Part shown: one piece after another, positions 59,607-64,000 of the stretch
Layout: every line of letters starts with the position of its first letter
Numbering within the stretch: position 1 is the first letter of the stretch
Assembly (NCBI GenBank): GCA_028534125.1
Contig: CM052816.1
Coordinates: 56,236,001-56,300,000, forward strand
DNA length: 64,000 nt
Direction: 5' to 3'
Origin: Lama glama
Taxonomy: Eukaryota
Translations under genes and position numbers: made by a program
The notes under the pieces: generated by a model
The model's database searches: none
What the model was told of the DNA's origin: nothing
What the model saw: only the letters and a program-made list of their open reading frames with translations

Positions 59607-62276
59607 CAGAGTGTGAACCTTTAACAGCGATTACAATTACACTTCTGTACACTCTTGTTTCACGTGGTCCTCTGACAGAGAACTTCTTTTCTCCCCACGT
59701 AGATTGATTATCTGCCCCAAACCCCTGACTCTTTTCTCAGCCCAACGATCTGGGGTGTTCTAACCGCAGGACAACCTAAAAGTCTCCGGGCTGTAAACTC
59801 AAGGGAAGGCAAATCTGGTCCGAGTAGCAGATGAATTCCTTTAGAGGAAAAAGGTGATTTCCCGAACTCTAATATCTTGATAAAAATATTCCTCGGGTCC
59901 AGCTCTCTTGGTTTTGATTAGACTCGCCAAGTAAGCTGCTGCTATTATTTTGATTTTCCTGCTGGGAACAGAAGGTTCTAAGAGGCTGACGTGGGCTGTC
60001 CAGTCCTCCTGACCATTCTGTTTATCCCTGAGGTAATAAACCAGAATTTGGGACTGCCGGCCCAACTCTTGTGATCTTGGTGAGGAGGACATGGAGAGCA
60101 TCCAGGGTAAGGAGAGGAAGAAGACCAGGTTGCAGAGAAACAGGCTTTTCTCCTTGACTTGGAAAAAACAGCAAGACCTGTAGCCTGAGTCTTCCTGGTC
60201 TGGAAGAGAAGAGGCGCCGTCAACGGGTCTGGGGCTGCCCTGCTCCCCGGGGACTGCCGGCCCCTCTGATTCTACGGGCTGGACGTAGAGAGCGACTTTG
60301 CGTTCACCTGCCGGCTTGGGCTTTAGTTTCGCGTATGTTTGCATTTAGTACCATTTCTTTCCACCCACCGTTTTGACCCCCTTTGTCCTCTTCTCATGCT
60401 CAGAGGACCCGAATCATCACACGTGAAAATACAGTTTCTGCGAGGCTCCTGCTCGTGGGGGCGCCACACGTGGATGCGGGTGCTGCGAGCGGCCGACGGT
60501 TACAGGCCATTTTAAGGGCCACGGTGTCCACTGTTCATTTGTAAAAACTCACTCTCCTGCCCGTTCCCTGTCAGAACCAATGTAAATCAATGTGTCAGTT
60601 TCTTGACTGAAATCACTTTTTTTTTCCCCTTCTGCAAAAAAGAGCTTTTCAGATGGAGTTAGACCGACCCTCCTTGTTCCCCTGGGGAGGTGTAAGAGCA
60701 GTGTGCCCTCCCACACTGCGGAAGGAGATAATTGCTCCCTCACCCTGACACCACCCCTCCTGGATTTCAGGCTTGAGGGGATCCGGGACTGAACGGAGCA
60801 GAGACCTGCACATCCAGGGCTGGCAGCCTCCGGCAGCACACGCTCCAGAACTGCGTGGAAACTTTGAACCCGCGCAGAAGGGCTCTAACTTCACACACTG
60901 GAAAAGGCCAGGGTCCGATCAGAGTGACCCAACTTCTTATTTCTCTCTTTACATTCCCTCCACACACACACAGATACACACACACACTTCTCTAACTAGG
61001 ACTCAAGGCTGGTGTTACATAAAATAAAGCAACCTCTATTTTCCTCCCACAGCCTAGAGTTTATCCTCGGTGGAGCCATCAGATTTAAAGAGCTTCCAAG
61101 CAGATGCAAATGTCAAGTCACAGTCACAATAAAGATTTCATTTTGTTGTATTAGATTGCATTTGTTGAGGATAGGAAAGAAACTTGCTGGTTTAATTCAG
61201 TTCCTACCCCTCAATGTATCATTTAGTTTTATCTCAAGTCCAAAAAAAGTGGAAGGACTCCGTTTAGTCTTTCAGTTGACCATTTCTTTGCAATTCCTTC
61301 AAGCCTTAACAATTTCCCATTATGTCATCTATACCAAGATAAATGAAGGTGGATAACAAGGCTGTGGGGGTTGGGGCGTCCAGGAGGTGACAGGGGTGGG
61401 AAAAGAGAGACCTGGAAATGAATGATATGGAACATGCAGATGAACCTACGGGCCTGGTCTCAGATTTAACAACCAGTCACCATGATTTACAATCCAAGGT
61501 CTCATTCTTGCTTCTTACATCCCCAAGACATGAAGAATGGAAGGAATGAAAATGTCATTGACTTCCTACAGCGATGACTGATAGGTTTTTAAGGAGTTCT
61601 CTTGGACATCAGAGCCAAGTTGCCCTTGACAGATCACTTTGCTACTGTATTTGATTTCAAGTTCCCACCCCGAGTGCCAAACAGAATCTGTTACGTTTTA
61701 AATTGTCGTATAATTTCTGCCCCTTCCCTCTACTCCACCACATGTCCAACCAACAAATAAATCATGCCAAAGTCTTTTAACCACACACTTTAAAATGAAA
61801 CAAGCCCGAGGGATGTTTTTCAAGCTAACATCTGGACCCATTGTTCAGGAAGAACTCTACCTGGGAATGTGCCATTTTTCTTGACGAGTCACGGCATCCA
61901 GTCCGTTTGGGAGAGCATTCTAGGGCGGCTGGGGGCGGCCGCAGAGCTGCCTTTTGCATCTGTTACAGACAAATGACCTGTGCAGACACGAAGGGCTTTT
62001 AAAGCTATCTAGTCACCCGCAGAGTCAATTGAATCATCAAGTTGGATGCTGCCTCCATCAAATGGTCCAGGTCCAGACGATGCAGCCTGCAGAACTAGCC
62101 TCCTGAACCCAAGGTGATTGAGGAGGAAAAGGGAAAAAGTCAAGACAAATTTTGACTATCAGGCTTAGTTCTTTTGCTCTTGAAGTTTTGTATTAGTCAA
62201 TCTGAGGAGAGCATTTTCTAGAAAAACATTTTCTTATGTCTGAAAGTAACTGAACATAGTTAATTAGGAAGTCATT

Positions 62277-62417
62277 TTTCCCTCTTTCTTCTTTTCTTCC
62301 TTCTGTTCGCTCCCTTTCTCTTCCCCTTCCTTCTTTCCTCCCCCCTCCTTCCCTTCCTTCCTCCCCCCTCCCTCCCTTTCCCCTTTCTTTGTTTCCCTCT
62401 CCCTTTCCCTTTCTTTT
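62277..62417 (+). repeat. Polypyrimidine (CT-rich) low-complexity tract
   Basis: ~140 nt of almost pure C/T (CCTT, CCCT units). Confidence 0.9.
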
Positions 62418-62476
62418 AGGACATAGGATAGTTCTGGGCACACTGAAGTTTCTACATTTATATACTTTTTAATTCT

Positions 62477-62550
62477 TATTTTTTTTTGAAGTGTAGTTGA
62501 TTTACAATGTTAGTTTCAGGTGTACAGCAAAGTGATTCAGTCTTATATAC

Positions 62551-62583
<33 letters not shown>

Positions 62584-62720
62584 TATATATATATTCAGTT
62601 TCTTTTCCATTATGGCTCATTGCAAGATAGTGAATATAGTCCCCTGTGCTATACAGTAGGTCCTTGTTGTTTATCTATTTAATGTATAGTGATGTGTACC
62701 TGTTAATCTCAAACTCCTAA
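62477..62720 (-). mobile_element. L1 3' end containing a (TA)n(CA)n microsatellite
   Basis: TTGAAGTGTAGTTGATTTACAATG...GTACAGCAAAGTGATTCAG; compound microsatellite at ~62545-62593. Confidence 0.85.
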
Positions 62721-63454
62721 TCTGTAATTTTTGATTTTGCTTGATTTGATTGGTGAGAACACCTGAGTCAACAAGGGACAGGTGCTGGACTTGAATAGTG
62801 GGGGTAGCAGGAGGCCCCAGGACGTTATCCTGTGCTGCGCTGCAGAGGAAGGAGAAACCAGAAGGGTGGGAAGAAAATTCCAGAAGATTGCTTTCAGCTT
62901 CTTGCTGGGGAGGGAGACACTGGGCCTGAGAACTGGAGCCACTTAAGGGAAACCTCGAGAGCCTGAGTTTTGGCCAGAGAACTCCTTAAACCACCCCCAC
63001 CCCAGGGAAGGTTTCTTGGGAGGCTGTGGTTGTGGCTTCTGCAGAGATGCTATTTTGAGCCCAGAATTTGTAACTGGCTCTCAGTTTGCTCCTGTTTCGA
63101 GTGCATTACCCACAGGGCCTTGTACCTGATGATGACAGTAGTGGGATTTAAAAAAATTCTTGTGAAACTGATCAGTTGGTTAACATCTGGCAGGCGGGGG
63201 GCACGCATGATTTTCAGAAGTGAGCAAAAAATGTTGATGTGATGCATATTTTTACAGAGTGAGAGAGGGTCTAATTTCTAGGTTTCCCTTTCTCTGGAGG
63301 CAAAGAGTTCAACATTTGATGTTTTCTAAACACAGAGAGCACATGATAACACCAGCCCGGTTATATTGCTGTCCTGGCTTCAAGGAAGGGGTTTCTGGGT
63401 GTCAAAAGCCTGACTTTCCTAGCCATCTCTGAAGAAGAAGAACACGCCTGTGGT

Positions 63455-63775
63455 ATTTTAAAGACTTCGTTATCATGGAAAATTTCAAACACACGCACAA
63501 GGCGAGCATTGTGGACTGACCCCCATCTGCGCATCACCCGGCCTCAGCATCATCAATACGAGACGGACTGTGCTTCAGTGATTCTCCACACCCCCCTTCC
63601 CCCGGCGGGATGATGTTGCCGAAGACCCCAGACATTCCACTTTTCCATCTGTAAATACTTCATCGTGTACCTCTGAGAGCTTGCTGGGGACTCTCTCGCT
63701 TTCTTAAACATGCCCACAACATCATTATCACATCTAAAACAACCCCACAATAAATTCCTTAATGTCAGCCAAATT
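63455..63775 (-). mobile_element. Old L1 (L1MC-like) 3' fragment
   Basis: ATGGAAAATTTCAAACAC...CATCTGTAAATACTTCA...AATTCCTTAATGTCA. Confidence 0.6.
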
Positions 63776-64000
63776 TCATGGGCTCTTTGATTTGACTGGT
63801 TTGGGAACTTTCAGGCTGGGGAGAGGAGGGGCTCTCTGGCGGGTCACTGGGCACCATGTTAATGCTTCTATTATGTGGTGTCCACAGGTATAATTAGGCC
63901 TGTGACCTTTTCAGACCCAGACTGCAACTAATAAAAATGCAGAACAGGAGTGAAAAAAAAAAAAAAGAAAGAAAAGGAAGCCCTGACTGAGCAATTCCCC

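Noticed and set aside
1..64000. CRISPR arrays, operons, intact transposase/RT/gag-pol-env, processed pseudogenes, snRNA/rRNA
   Set aside because: No regularly spaced repeats, no long ORF other than ENC1, and no such sequence I could recognise. Highly decayed pseudogenes cannot be excluded without tBLASTx.

Overview
Mammalian genomic DNA, most likely a camelid (camel/alpaca/llama), inferred from five copies of a tRNA-Ala-derived SINE resembling the camelid Vic-1 family and artiodactyl-type L1 3' ends. One protein-coding gene is present: ENC1 (KLHL37/NRP-B/PIG10, BTB-BACK-Kelch) on the + strand. It has a CpG-island promoter (~4.85-6.5 kb), a non-coding exon 1 (~5711-6118), exon 2 carrying the whole 589-aa CDS (9662-11431), an intron starting 32 nt after the stop codon, and a ~2.6-kb 3'UTR exon (15601-~18191). 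The remaining ~45 kb has no recognisable gene. It holds SINE/L1/L2/MIR/LTR/DNA-transposon remnants, repeat-free candidate enhancer blocks and two assembly gaps. I found no evidence for a wholly new biological system. The most interesting signals concern ENC1 regulation: uORFs and an open in-frame non-AUG leader, a candidate alternative or NMD-triggering 3'UTR exon, ARE/Pumilio/miRNA/G4 elements, clustered TCF motifs and a p53-like site. There is also a perfect 52-bp AT palindrome. Repeat family names are by eye and need RepeatMasker/Dfam confirmation.
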